A DNA stretch of 64,000 nt from Podarcis vaucheri. Its lineage: Eukaryota. Location: assembly GCA_965113315.1 (NCBI GenBank), contig OZ220368.1. The stretch is one strand, 5' to 3'. The translations under genes were made by a program, and so were the position numbers. Shown here piece after piece: positions 13,974 through 24,306 of the stretch. The notes beneath the pieces are model-generated. The model was not told the DNA's origin, did no database searches, and worked only from the letters and a program-made list of their open reading frames with translations. The first letter of the stretch is position 1. Every line of letters starts with the position of its first letter.

Positions 13974-14064
13974 GGTTGCTGGGCAACCACCGCCGCCCCC
14001 GGAAGCAGACGCGGCGCCGCGCTTCCGGTGCGGGCAGCGCCGTGCCCTCACCAAAGATGGCGGC
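13974..14064 (+). promoter_or_regulatory. Promoter-like motif cluster at the 5' end of the URM1 retrocopy
   Basis: X-box-like palindrome GGTTGCTGGGCAACC (13974-13988), inverted ETS/GABP pair CCGGAAGC (13999-14006) and GCTTCCGG (14021-14028), and YY1 motif AAGATGGCGGC (14054-14064). CpG-rich. Confidence 0.55.
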
Positions 14065-14362
14065 GCCCTTGTCCCTGCTGCTGGAGTGCGGAGGTGGAGC
14101 AGAGCTCTTGTTCGGCGGGATCAGGAAGCAGCGGGTGACTCTGCCCAGCCAGCAAGGACCTTGGGATGTCCGAAAGTTGCTGGTGTGGATGAAAGAGAAC
14201 CTGCTGAAAGAGAGGCCGGAACTGTTCGTGCAGGGAGAGTCTGTGCGGCCGGGAATCTTGGTGCTGATCAATGGGGCAGATTGGGAGTTGATGGGCGAGT
14301 TGGACTACCTGCTCCAAGACCAGGATAACGTCGTTTTCATCTCCACCTTGCATGGTGGATAG
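14057..14362 (+). CDS. URM1: URM1 (ubiquitin-related modifier 1) intronless retrocopy, intact 101-aa ORF
   Basis: [21 protein letters not shown]...[51 protein letters not shown]. Same length as vertebrate URM1, retains the C-terminal GG, strong Kozak context (AAGATGG), no introns. Confidence 0.93.
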   Translation: MAAPLSLLLECGGGAELLFGGIRKQRVTLPSQQGPWDVRKLLVWMKENLLKERPELFVQGESVRPGILVLINGADWELMGELDYLLQDQDNVVFISTLHGG

Positions 14363-17300
14363 ACTGCTGGGAGTATGGAAAAGAACATTTGTGCTGGTGG
14401 GCAGAGGGCATAAACATGCCTTGCTCTCCTGGCTGTCACCCCAGATCAGAGTCGGTTTCTCATTAGCTTCTTTTCTTAATGAAGTCTGCCCTTTCGACGC
14501 TTGGCTCCTCCCACCCAGTGGTTCAGCTCTCTCCTCTTTTGTCCCAGAAGGAGATCGAAATCCTTTCTGCACCTGGTCACCCTCTTCCCTGCTCCAAGAG
14601 GTTCATGCCATGGGACAAGTGGCTGGAAAGGAGCCGCTTTGCACGTGGCTGTCGCCCTTGTTTGCTTTCTTCTCCTTGGCGGCAGGGAAATGCCTGTGAT
14701 CAAAGAGGGGATCTCCCTTTCCTTCCAATCCAAGCCTTGGATCTGGTTGCAGCCATTAACAGTCATTAAGGGATATGGGGCGCATGCAAGGAAGATGGCA
14801 GATGCAAGACTCCCTCAGCCTATCTGCTCTTGATTTGCCATGCATGGATTTCAGTTCTGTGACTCAGTTTTGAAAAGTACCCAGCTAGAACCAGCTCACA
14901 AATGGTTACTTTGAATTTTGATGACTAATGAAGTATACTTTTGCCTGCCTTTTTTTTAAAGAAGAAGAAACTTGATGACCCTCAGAGTCCGTTCCAGCTC
15001 TACAGTTCTATGATGCTCTATTTTTTAATCTTCTGGTGGCACTGCCTGATCCTGTTCTGCCACAGCTGCTGTGTATGCATGCGATTGATTTCCCTTTCCA
15101 AATTGTCTGCTCTGCACTGTTCTGTCGCAAAGTGTTTTGCAATGTGTTGCAGAAGACGGAGTGCTTCATTTGAAGCTGGGTGTTCCGGACTCAGGTTCTG
15201 CCTCAGTCATGTACTTACTTCACTGGGTGGCCTTGAGCAAGTTGCGCTCTCTGTTAACTTCAGTTCCACATGTGTAAAGTGAGATTTGAAATGATTGACT
15301 CTGCAGGATGGTTTTGACAATAAACAATAAAAGTTGTGGAAACAAAAACAACACAAAATTCATTCTTTGTCAATGGTCAATTGTAATTAATTTAATGCAT
15401 GTTTTGAACATGCAACTTTGGTTATGTATTTAATTATTTGCAAAAATCAAATAGGCTATGTTGTTTGTACCTATTTGAATCTGTGAAGGACATACATAAT
15501 ATCAAATAGGTTATGGCTTTCAGAATGAAGGCTGAGTGGGTGGTTGCTAATTTCCAAATTGTGCAAAAGTGGAAGAATGACACAACTTTAATTGAAGGCG
15601 TGGAAGATGCTAATAATGGATAAAGTATTGCACCAATGGAAGGTAGCATTTTAACCCCAGATTTAATTATTGGAAAAAGGATTCCTGTTTCTAACTGAGC
15701 AGCTTGGAACAATAATAGACCACCCAGACTCTCATCCACGAGGATTTACTGAATTGAATATTGCCGTTGTCACTTGACCTTTGGTTTATGTACCTGAATA
15801 AATCACTAATTTTACTTCAAGTATTATGTTACTTTATAGATCTGCAAGGGATGCTGTTTAGGTGAAAATTTTTATGAAATCCCAAAGAGCTAAAAAGGAC
15901 AACAAATTCTAAAAAGCTAAGGCAAGGTGTTATCTTTTATATATAACCTGAAACAGATTCACCCTGCTCAGTGAAAAATGAATGCAGTTTGAACAGTCTA
16001 GAAAAACCTCCTATAAGAGTCTCAGAACTTGCTGTTTCTGTAGGAGAAATAAGTTATGAGAATGTCTTTCCAGCTGTCCTTGTTGCATGAACTTGACCAC
16101 ATGTCATAAAGAGAATGTTTCTCACAAAACATAATATGTAAAGGAAAGTAGGGGAGAGATGTAACCCTCAGACAGGGAATCTGGGGTGAAAGTCACTTAG
16201 GGATTTGTAAGGAATCCCTCATCCTTTGGATCACTTAACCTATAATAAAATTCATCTAAATTTGGCACCAAGAAAGCCACAATTCTGCACTTCAGACAAA
16301 AGAATGGCACTAACAAGCAGCATGCAGACACCTGATTTGTGGCTTTGTAACTGAGTTGTTGCAAGAAGGAATTGTGTTGGAGGGGAGCAGGGGGAAAGGC
16401 AGAGAAATAAGGAATGGGAGGTAAAAATGATGGATGATGGATGGTATGGATGTGCTTATAGCTGAGAGCCTAGAGGAAGTTTCACATTTCAAAGCAGGGG
16501 CCAGAATCTCTGGCCCTGAGAACTGGGGCCATTTCTAGAGGCAGCTTGTATGTTTTCAAGCACAATCTCGTTAGTCCTCATTAGCGACGCAAACCAATCC
16601 AGAGTCCAGGACACTCACATTTACCCCAGCTGCCTTCATCCTCTAAATTTAAATTTGAGGGCAGACAGCTGTGTTTTGCTTTTGTTATCCTTTAGAATAC
16701 CATTTTACATGGACGGTGTTCCATAAATACATAGTGTACTATAAGGTAATAATTATTATTAATAATATAATTCCATAAACATTTGGGAAAGTTTGAAAGT
16801 GAGATTAGATCCTGCAGAATCCATGGCCAATGTCAGATTCTGTCCCAGACCTCAGAAGATCTGTACATGGAAAAATCATAGAAGATAAACAACTCTGTCA
16901 TGGGGGTGGGGGTGAGTGGGTCAAGCCCAGCACCTTAAATCATAGCCCTGCAGAAAGCTCCAGATTAGGACACCACAGCAGATTGTGTTGACATAGGATG
17001 CTCTTGACAACTGGTCCTGTTTAGCAGGCATGTTCCACAATGCAACGCAGGAAAGTCTCCTGAAAATCCATGGGTACCTGATATGATCCATGCTACGCCT
17101 TCTTTGTGGAACCAGAGCAGTTAAGATGCGATTGATCAGCAGGTTGTATTGCCATCACAGCTTCTCTGCATGCTACTTCAAAGGCAAAGGCAATGTCATG
17201 AGGCGGAGGGAAGGAGGCTGCCTTGTGAATTATGGCATCATTATTATGCAAATAAACAGCACTTCTTTGGGAATTGATAGGATTTTGCGCAGGATCATTA

Positions 17301-17666
17301 TAAAATGAAGGTGACTGTGCATGGGAAACACAATGCAGAAGGTGGCAGTTCTTTTATAAATTTTGAGGTGATTTGGTTTGGTTTTAGGAAGAGTTTTTGC
17401 TCGTTGTGGTCCAGGCCCATTAGTCACAAGGGGGCTTTCCTCCTCTCCTGTGAATTTTCAGCATTTTTGTATTTTGCCCTTTTTCTTGTAGAAATAGAAG
17501 GGGAAATGTGCAGATAATATTGCTCACTTTGAAAAAACCCAGCTCCCATATGCCACTGTTTTTGTTCACATGAACAAAGTTACTGGACACAGGTTTCGGG
17601 ACACTGGGCCCTTAACAGTTATTACCATCTTATTTAAATGAAATGAATTAAAAATGAACATAGACA

Positions 17667-17807
17667 CAGTGGCTTAGCGTGGGGGGTGCAGGGGGGGTCG
17701 GCCGCACTGGGCGCAACATCTGGGGGTTAGGGGGCACAAATCCACGGGTTAGGGGGCGCAAATTACTTGCCTTGCCCCGGGTGCTGACAACCCACGCTAC
17801 GCCACTG
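17667..17807. mobile_element. hAT-type MITE
   Basis: TIRs CAGTGGCTTAGCGTGGG / CCCACGCTACGCCACTG and perfect 8-bp TSD CATAGACA. Confidence 0.9.
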
Positions 17808-18006
17808 CATAGACAAATGTTCAGATCTGGGTTTTCATTGTTGTGCATCAACTTGATGTACACGTTACCTTGGCCATTGGCCCTTCTCTCCATCTCTCCC
17901 TGGCTATGGGCTTTGTACCCCTTTAGAAGAACTGGCAAATAACTGCTGCAGTATCCAGCCCATTGTGTCATAATAAGGATTTCAACCAAGCCCTTAAACA
18001 CATGAC

Positions 18007-18348
18007 CATAGGCGCCGACTCCATGGGGCCTGAGGGGGCCCGAGCCCCCTCAAAAATTCGTTTGGGGGGGCTCTGCCCCCCAATAATCTCGGGCGCCCCT
18101 CCAGCAGAGCGCCACCGCCGCCCCTCCCCCAGCCCAAAATGCACAGGGTCGGGCTGCATGCCTCCTGCCCTCCCTCCCGAGCAAAAGCTCCACCCAATTT
18201 CCTTCGGAGCTGATTAATAGGCGCAGCACGCTCTCCCCTATTCGCTCACGAGGAGGCGGCGGCACTTTATCTGCATATTCATGAGCTTATTTATTATTCA
18301 TGAGCTTTCGCGGGCTCCCCCAATATTTTTTATAAGTCAGCGCCCCTG
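18007..18348. mobile_element. hAT-type MITE
   Basis: TIRs CATAGGCGCCGACT / AGTCAGCGCCCCTG and perfect 8-bp TSD CACATGAC. Confidence 0.88.
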
Positions 18349-19636
18349 CACATGACAACTGTGTTGGAGGAGTCACTTTTCCGACAGTAAATCTCATTCC
18401 CAAAAGCCAGGCATTCTGTTTCCAAGAGTAATCAGCTGAATGACTCTGGGGTGTTTGCAAGCCCTCATTGTTTGTCTCCAGCATGTGGTTTTCTGTGTTT
18501 AGAGGTTGTATAGAGCTCTCCTTGCTGATAACTGATGATAGAGCTGCTCTGCTGTTTTTTAGGATCAGTTGTGTGACGCTAAACTCTCTCTCTCCTCTTG
18601 CTATGTCTCCTATCAGTTTTCCCAGGTTAGTAGAGTTGTTCTTAATTCCTTCTGCTTAATGCTTCCTTTCCAGAACTTGAAGAAATGATGTTTAAGGATG
18701 CAAAGTTAAGTAAATAAAAAGCAAATTGATTTTCGAGGATTATCTGAACTTGAAAAAGTGTGAAAAAAACCATAATCAATCTGATTTAAACCCAACAACC
18801 CTTTAATTGCTTCCACGCTTTGATCTCCTAGCCAGGGGTAACATTTTTAGGGTTGAATTATGAACCTCTCCATTATGGAAACACTGACAGAATCTTAACT
18901 AGAGTGGCATGGGTGGATCTGTGATGATCAATGGAGGATAGAATTGTACCATGCAACTCTAGTTGAGATTCAGTTGAAGTCAGTTTGCGCATTGCATCAA
19001 TGATGACTGGGAGTTGTTTAATAATCACAATCACAATCTTTTCTACATTCAGATATACTCACAGCACTGTTGCAATATGCAAGTTTGGCAGTGGTGATGA
19101 CGGTGATGTTCAGCCTTAGGCTGGCGAGTTGCCAATTTTGCATGTGATGGATGGCATTCCCCCCCCCAAAGGACAACCTGCATGCCTTGTGTGTTCTCCT
19201 GGACCCTGAATTGCTGCTGGATTTTCAGGTGCTGGCAGTGCCCACGGCTGCTTCTCTTTGATAAAGATTTGGCTGTGAATCACCTATGCGTTCGTAATAT
19301 CTCATGTTGACTATTGCAAGGTGAGCTGTTGCCAGATGGAGGTACTGCCTTTCAAGATGGCTCAGGACCTTCAGCTATTGCAGAATTCCATGTCTCTCCT
19401 CTTGTAAGAGTGGCCACGCAGCATTTCACCCACAATCTTGCTCAGCTCTGTGTATTAGCTTCCAGGCCCGGCTCAAAGTGCTGGTGGTGATCTTTAAAAT
19501 TGGCTTGGTCTGTGGCCTCTCTATGTTTTAGAGATGCCACTTCCTGGGGAATCCCTCAGATCTGCTGGGGAAGCTTTTTTTTAGAGAGAAGTGAAGCCTC
19601 TAAAGGTATAGGAAGCGATACTTTTACCCGCACTCT

Positions 19637-19902
19637 GCCAGTGTGGTGTAGTGGTTCAGAGCGGTGGACTCGTAATCTGGTGAACCAGGTTCGCTTCCCC
19701 ACTCCGCCACGTGTAGCTGCTGGGTGACCTTGGGCCAGTCACACTTCTTTGAAGTTTCTCAGCCCCACTCAGTGTTTGTTGTGGGGGAGGAAGGGAAAGG
19801 AGAATGTTAGCCGCTTTGAGACTCCTTCGGGTAGTGATAAAGCGGGATATCAAATCCAAACTCCTCCTCCTCCTCCTCCTCCTCCTCCTCTTCTTCTTCT
19901 TC
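19637..19902 (+). mobile_element. Squam3 SINE
   Basis: tRNA-like head GCCAGTGTGGTGTAGTGG, body ending GATATCAAATCCAAAC, (CCT/CTT)n tail. Confidence 0.85.
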
Positions 19903-20286
19903 CACAATACCTTGCCGGCAGAGGCATTTTCGCCGTCATTCCAGTGATTAAATAAAAAATGGCTTTGTAAGCAAGGCTTCTGTGGCTTTCAGTGTGAAGC
20001 TGGCTTCTCCCTCTACCACTGGGATTCTGTTGACCTTTCTATGGATGTTTTAGTACAGATTGTTTGACTTGCTGATTTGTGTTTCAAATTGCGTTTTAAA
20101 ATTTGTTTCATTACTGTGATTTATTGTTGTTTTACTCGTATCGTACATTGCCTCAAGTGCCAAACTGTAGGCAGAGAATGCACACTTTCTATCTATCTAT
20201 GGCCCACTATACAATACCATTGTACAGATTTCTCTGGTAATGTATAGAAAGGACTCTGAATGCTCAAAGCACTATATAAATGTTTA

Positions 20287-20639
20287 GGTAAAGGTAAAGG
20301 GACCCCTAACCATTAGGTCCAGTCGGGGACGACTCTGGGGTTGTGGCGCTCATCTCGCTTTATTGGCTGAGGGAGCCGGCGTACAGCTTCTGGGTCATGT
20401 GGCCAGAATGACTAAGCCGCTTCTGGTGAACCAGAGATGTGCATGCAAACGCCGTTTACCTTCCTGTCGGAGCGGTACCTATTTATCTACTTGCACTTTG
20501 ATGTGCTGTCGAACTGCTAGGTGAGCAGCAGCTGGGACTGAGCAACAGGAGCTCACCCCGTCATGGGGATTCGAACCGCCGACCTTCTGATCGACAAGTC
20601 CTAGGCTCTGTGGTTTAACCCACAGGCCACCCATGTCCC
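20287..20639 (-). mobile_element. Sauria SINE (Squam1)
   Basis: tRNA-derived head, conserved body, (ACCTTT)n tail. Confidence 0.9.
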
Positions 20640-20941
20640 TTCCGTGTTTAGTTGCTATTAAAATAGGCGTCTACAATAAATCAAGTTATTTTTAAAATTC
20701 TGTTGATTAAATTATGCAGCTCTAATTTTTTATTTTATTTGTACATCTTTAATTTCAAGCACAGTAAGTCACAATAGACTGATTATGCCATCAGTATGCT
20801 TCATTGTGTGTTCTGTACACGGCAACTTCCTGCAACTGATTAGGATCAAATTCTGCAACTGTGTTACGGGAGATGCTTCCCCTTGCTTAAGTCAGCACTT
20901 TAGGGCATCATTGAAGTTCTGCCCACTTGATTGACATCACT

Positions 20942-20955
20942 GTTTCCATGGCAAC
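20942..20955. promoter_or_regulatory. RFX X-box motif
   Basis: GTTTCCATGGCAAC is a near-perfect X-box palindrome in unique sequence. Confidence 0.4.
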
Positions 20956-21404
20956 TAATGCACTTCAAGGAGAAAACAGAGCATGGTTTTATTTTCTTTT
21001 TTTTAAAGGGGGACTAAAATCAGTAGCATAAACAAAATCCGCAGTGTTGGGGATGCTATAAAGTTTTCATTGCCACTTATTGGGGAAAGCTGCATAACTC
21101 ACTGACATTTCGGGAGCCTACGCAGTCTCAACTAGCTCAGGGCAATAAAAAATTTATAGGGCCCAAGTCTGCATTAATTATGGCTTGCACACAACACTTC
21201 CCATTGAAATGCATGGGCGGGCTGAGTAAATAAGGAAGTTTCGCATCAGGACCAGTGCAATCCATCTCTCTAGGGAAAGGAGAAGAGTTGAAATGTATGC
21301 TGGGCAGTTAAAGAGGTGGACATCTAGTGGGGAGTGCATATATATAATGTTTATAGAAGCTTCTGGAAATCAGCCAGACAGAAGTCAGTCTGCCTCTTTG
21401 ACAG

Positions 21405-21845
21405 TCTTCTTCTTCTTTGGTGATCACTCGTAGCTGAGTAAGATTGTCTTCCATGAACACAGTCTTAACAGTGAGTCCGTAAGTGACTGTGGAGGCCAAG
21501 TCTGGATCCACACATCCTTCCACAGGCAGGAGTTTCCAGGCAGGAGTTGATCACAGTGAGGGTTTGCCAAGCATGCCTTCCTCTTAGCTTGTTTCTCCCT
21601 TTCGTCCCGAGTTCGAGCGTCTTCAAAGTCCACAACACCTTTGGTAAAGGCTGTTCTCCAACTGGAGCGCTCGCAGGCCAGTGTTTCCCAGTTGTCGGTG
21701 TTTATACTACATTTTTTTAGGTTTGCCTTGAGAAAGCCTTTGAACCTCTTTTGTTGACCACCAGCATTACGCTTTCCATTTTTAAGTAGTTGCTTTGGAA
21801 GACGATCATCAGGCATCCGAACAACATGACCAGTCCAATGAGTTG
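21405..21845 (-). mobile_element. RTE-clade LINE 3' fragment with (GAA)n tail
   Basis: Translates to WTGHVVRMPDDRLPKQLL...GGQQKRFK...LKKCSINTDNWETLACERSSWR. Confidence 0.85.
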
Positions 21846-22280
21846 CTGCCTAGGGACAGGTGGAGCTTCTCAGCTTGCCTTAATGTCCTGAGGACACATG
21901 CTTGCACTTGGTCTGGTGTATAGATTCTGAAGAACAAAGGTCCACATGCAGAAACAGTTGAATCTGACTTCAGTGCTGGCAATGAGCCAACAGCCTCCAT
22001 TGCTCTTGAGAGCAGTGCCTTAGTTTAGGGGCCGGGGTGCGCACAGGTCTGTAGTCCAACAGAGTGGAACAGCTGAAGAACTAATGCTGTTCCCCTCAGC
22101 CCCCCCCCCCGGGATCTGTCTCCTGAGGCAGCTGCTTCACTCTGCCAATTGGTAGAGCTGCCCCTATTTCCAAGGCAAGGGGTACAAGCATGAGTGTTGC
22201 CTCAGTAATAGTCTTCCATGAATATGTCCTGATGTGTGGGTCCAGTTACAGATAGGTAGCCGTGTTGGTCTGCCATAGTA

Positions 22281-22469
22281 AAAATAAAAAAATTCCTTCC
22301 AGTAGCACCTTAAAGACCAACTAAGTCAGTTCTTGGTATGAGCTTTCGTGTGCATGCACACTTGTTCAGATACCTGGTATCTGAACAAGTGTGCATGCAC
22401 ACGAAAGCTCATACCAAGAACTGACTTAGTTGGTCTTTAAGGTGCTACTGGAAGGAATTTTTTTATTTT
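22281..22469. repeat. Perfect palindrome (94-bp arms, 1-nt loop at 22375) from a Penelope-like element terminus
   Basis: 22281-22374 is the exact reverse complement of 22376-22469. It is preceded by GGTAGCCGTGTTGGTCTG, typical of the termini of squamate Penelope-like elements. Confidence 0.85.
22376..22415 (+). ncRNA. Minimal type-I hammerhead ribozyme motif with a variant core (mirror copy on the - strand at 22335-22374)
   Basis: Stem I GGTAT/ATACC, core CTGAACA (canonical CUGANGA), stem II GTGTG-CATG-CACAC, GAAA, then GC-TC cleavage site. Confidence 0.6.
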
Positions 22470-22600
22470 GGCTGATGTGTGGGGTATGAGAGAAAGAGGG
22501 GTTCGGTAGGCAATGCCACCAACTGAAGAGGTTTGTTTTAAAAGGGTTGCTTTTGGTGATGCTACAATATTGCTATTGTTACCAGGTGCACCAACTCTGT

Positions 22601-22944
22601 GGGACACGGGTGGCGCCGTGGGTTAAACCACAGAGCCTAGGACTTGCCGATCAGAAGGTCAGTGGTTCGAATCCCCGCGACGGGGTGAGCTCCCGTTGCT
22701 CGGTCCCTGCTCCTGCCCACCTAGCAGTTCGAAAGCGTGCAGTGCAAGTAGATAAATAGGTACCACTCTGGTGGCAAGGTAAACTGCGTTTCCGTGCGCT
22801 GCTCTGGTTCCTCAGAAGCGGCTTAGTCATGCTGGCCACATGACCCGGAAGCTGTATGCCGGCTCCCTCGGCCAATAAAGCGAGATGAACGCCGCAACCC
22901 CAGAGTCGGTCACAACTGGACCTAATGGTCCCTTTACCTTTACC
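22601..22944 (+). mobile_element. Sauria SINE
   Basis: Full length, with TSD TGCACCAACTCT(G/A)T. Confidence 0.92.
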
Positions 22945-23114
22945 TGCACCAACTCTATGGGGCTGAGGCCTCTCCCGGTGTGACAGTTGTCACACGTGTG
23001 ATGTGTGTAATGGCACACACAATGTGTGCAGGATTTCAGCCCCCCCCCCATCAATGTTGGGTACATCTCAGCGCCTGTGGTTATCATTTTCTCAGAGGCC
23101 AGAAAAGCCTAGAG

Positions 23115-23252
23115 CAGCCTTTCTCAACCTGTGGGTCCCCAGATGTTGTTGAACTACAACTCCCATCACCCCTAGCTAGCAAGGCCAGAGCTCAGGGATG
23201 ATTGGAGTTGTAGTCCAACAACATCTGGGGACCCACAAGTTGAGAACTGCTG
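23115..23252. mobile_element. Palindromic hAT/Charlie-type MITE
   Basis: Nearly fully self-complementary (ACTACAACTCCCATCA...TGATTGGAGTTGTAGT), with 8-bp TSD GCCTAGAG. Confidence 0.88.
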
Positions 23253-23936
23253 GCCTAGAGCCTAGACCCTAGCTTTTAGATGCTGTGCTGAACTGACTGG
23301 GAATTCTGGCACCTTTCCCCACCCTCCTTTCAGATTATCTCCTCACTCAAACAGTTGTGGGGCTCAATGAAAATGTTGTTTGAACAGGTTGTTAAAAGAG
23401 AGGACATTGTCTTGTGTCGTCTTCTGAATCATGCAAGGACCCTTCTTCCAGCACTTAGCTTCTCTGAAAGACACTGACTTAGGGTTAAAGGAGTAGGTCC
23501 ATTAGCTGGTAACCTAATCAGATCTGTGGCTGCTGAAAGCAAGCTCAGCTACACATGAGAGAGAGATTGAGAGGATGGAGGAGACTACCTAAGTGCTCAT
23601 AAGTTGGACAAAGGAGGGAGATAACAAGGTTCATATTAGTTAAGCGAGGAAAAATGTTCCCTTGATGTAAATAAATGGCAACAGACTCCCAAATCTCAGC
23701 TTGATGCACAGCTGTTGCTGCTTCTAGGCCAGATTATCAGGTGCAATTTGTTACAGTTTGAAGAGGCGATTAATATTTGCTAGTGCAAGGTTACGCAGCT
23801 TTTGAGTTTTCTCTGAATGTGTTGTTTCACTGCCTTTGGGATGCTGATGAAGAATTCTGAGAACAAGGCACATACTAAAGTTGATTCAGTAAGCCTTACT
23901 TATGTTGCATTTCATAATTTTATTCTGTGGAGCTTG

Positions 23937-24306
23937 TGTTATGTACTGAGTTGAATAGGATCCAAACTGCAGCAGTCTGATTGGTCCTAGAACAATAGGA
24001 TTCAGAATGCAGCAGTCTGATTGGTCCTAGAACAATAGGATTCAGAATGCAGCAGTCTGATTGGTCCTAGAACAATGCAGCAGTATGATTGGTTGGCAGG
24101 AACCACCCAATCCTGCTCCAGATAGAAGTGAATCCACAACCTGATTGGCTTACAGTAGAATTCCAGAATTAGCCAATCATGTGCAGCCCACTGTGTAAAT
24201 AATGTATATAAAGCAGATACTTTGAGGGGACTTTCATTCATTCCTCCTCACCACTATGAGCTGAATAAAGAGCATGAAATCACTTTGCGACTCTGAGTAT
24301 ATTTCA
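23937..24306 (+). mobile_element. Solo LTR
   Basis: TG...CA termini, 5-bp TSD GCTTG, ~3 tandem 40-bp units containing ATTGG (CCAAT box), TATATAAA at 24205 and AATAAA at 24264. Confidence 0.85.

Larger units (their letters stand above)
13974..15354 (+). other. Whole URM1 processed-mRNA insertion (5' leader + CDS + ~1 kb 3'UTR + poly(A) remnant)
   Basis: Flanking direct repeats AAAAGCCATTCTTTGT (13958-13973) and AAAATTCATTCTTTGT (15355-15370) match at 14/16. AATAAA at 15319 and 15326 is followed by an A-rich tail at ~15340-15358. Confidence 0.85.

Noticed and set aside
13946-14056. 37-aa N-terminal extension of URM1 (138-aa ORF in the track)
   Set aside because: The upstream ATG lies outside the TSD-bounded insert and the extension has no URM1 homology. 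The conserved start is 14057.
22601-22680. tRNA genes suggested by A/B-box motifs (GGTTCGAATCC)
   Set aside because: These are the tRNA-derived heads of Sauria and Squam3 SINEs, not standalone tRNAs.
23960-24090. CRISPR-like periodic repeats
   Set aside because: The units are contiguous tandem repeats without unique spacers, inside a eukaryotic LTR.
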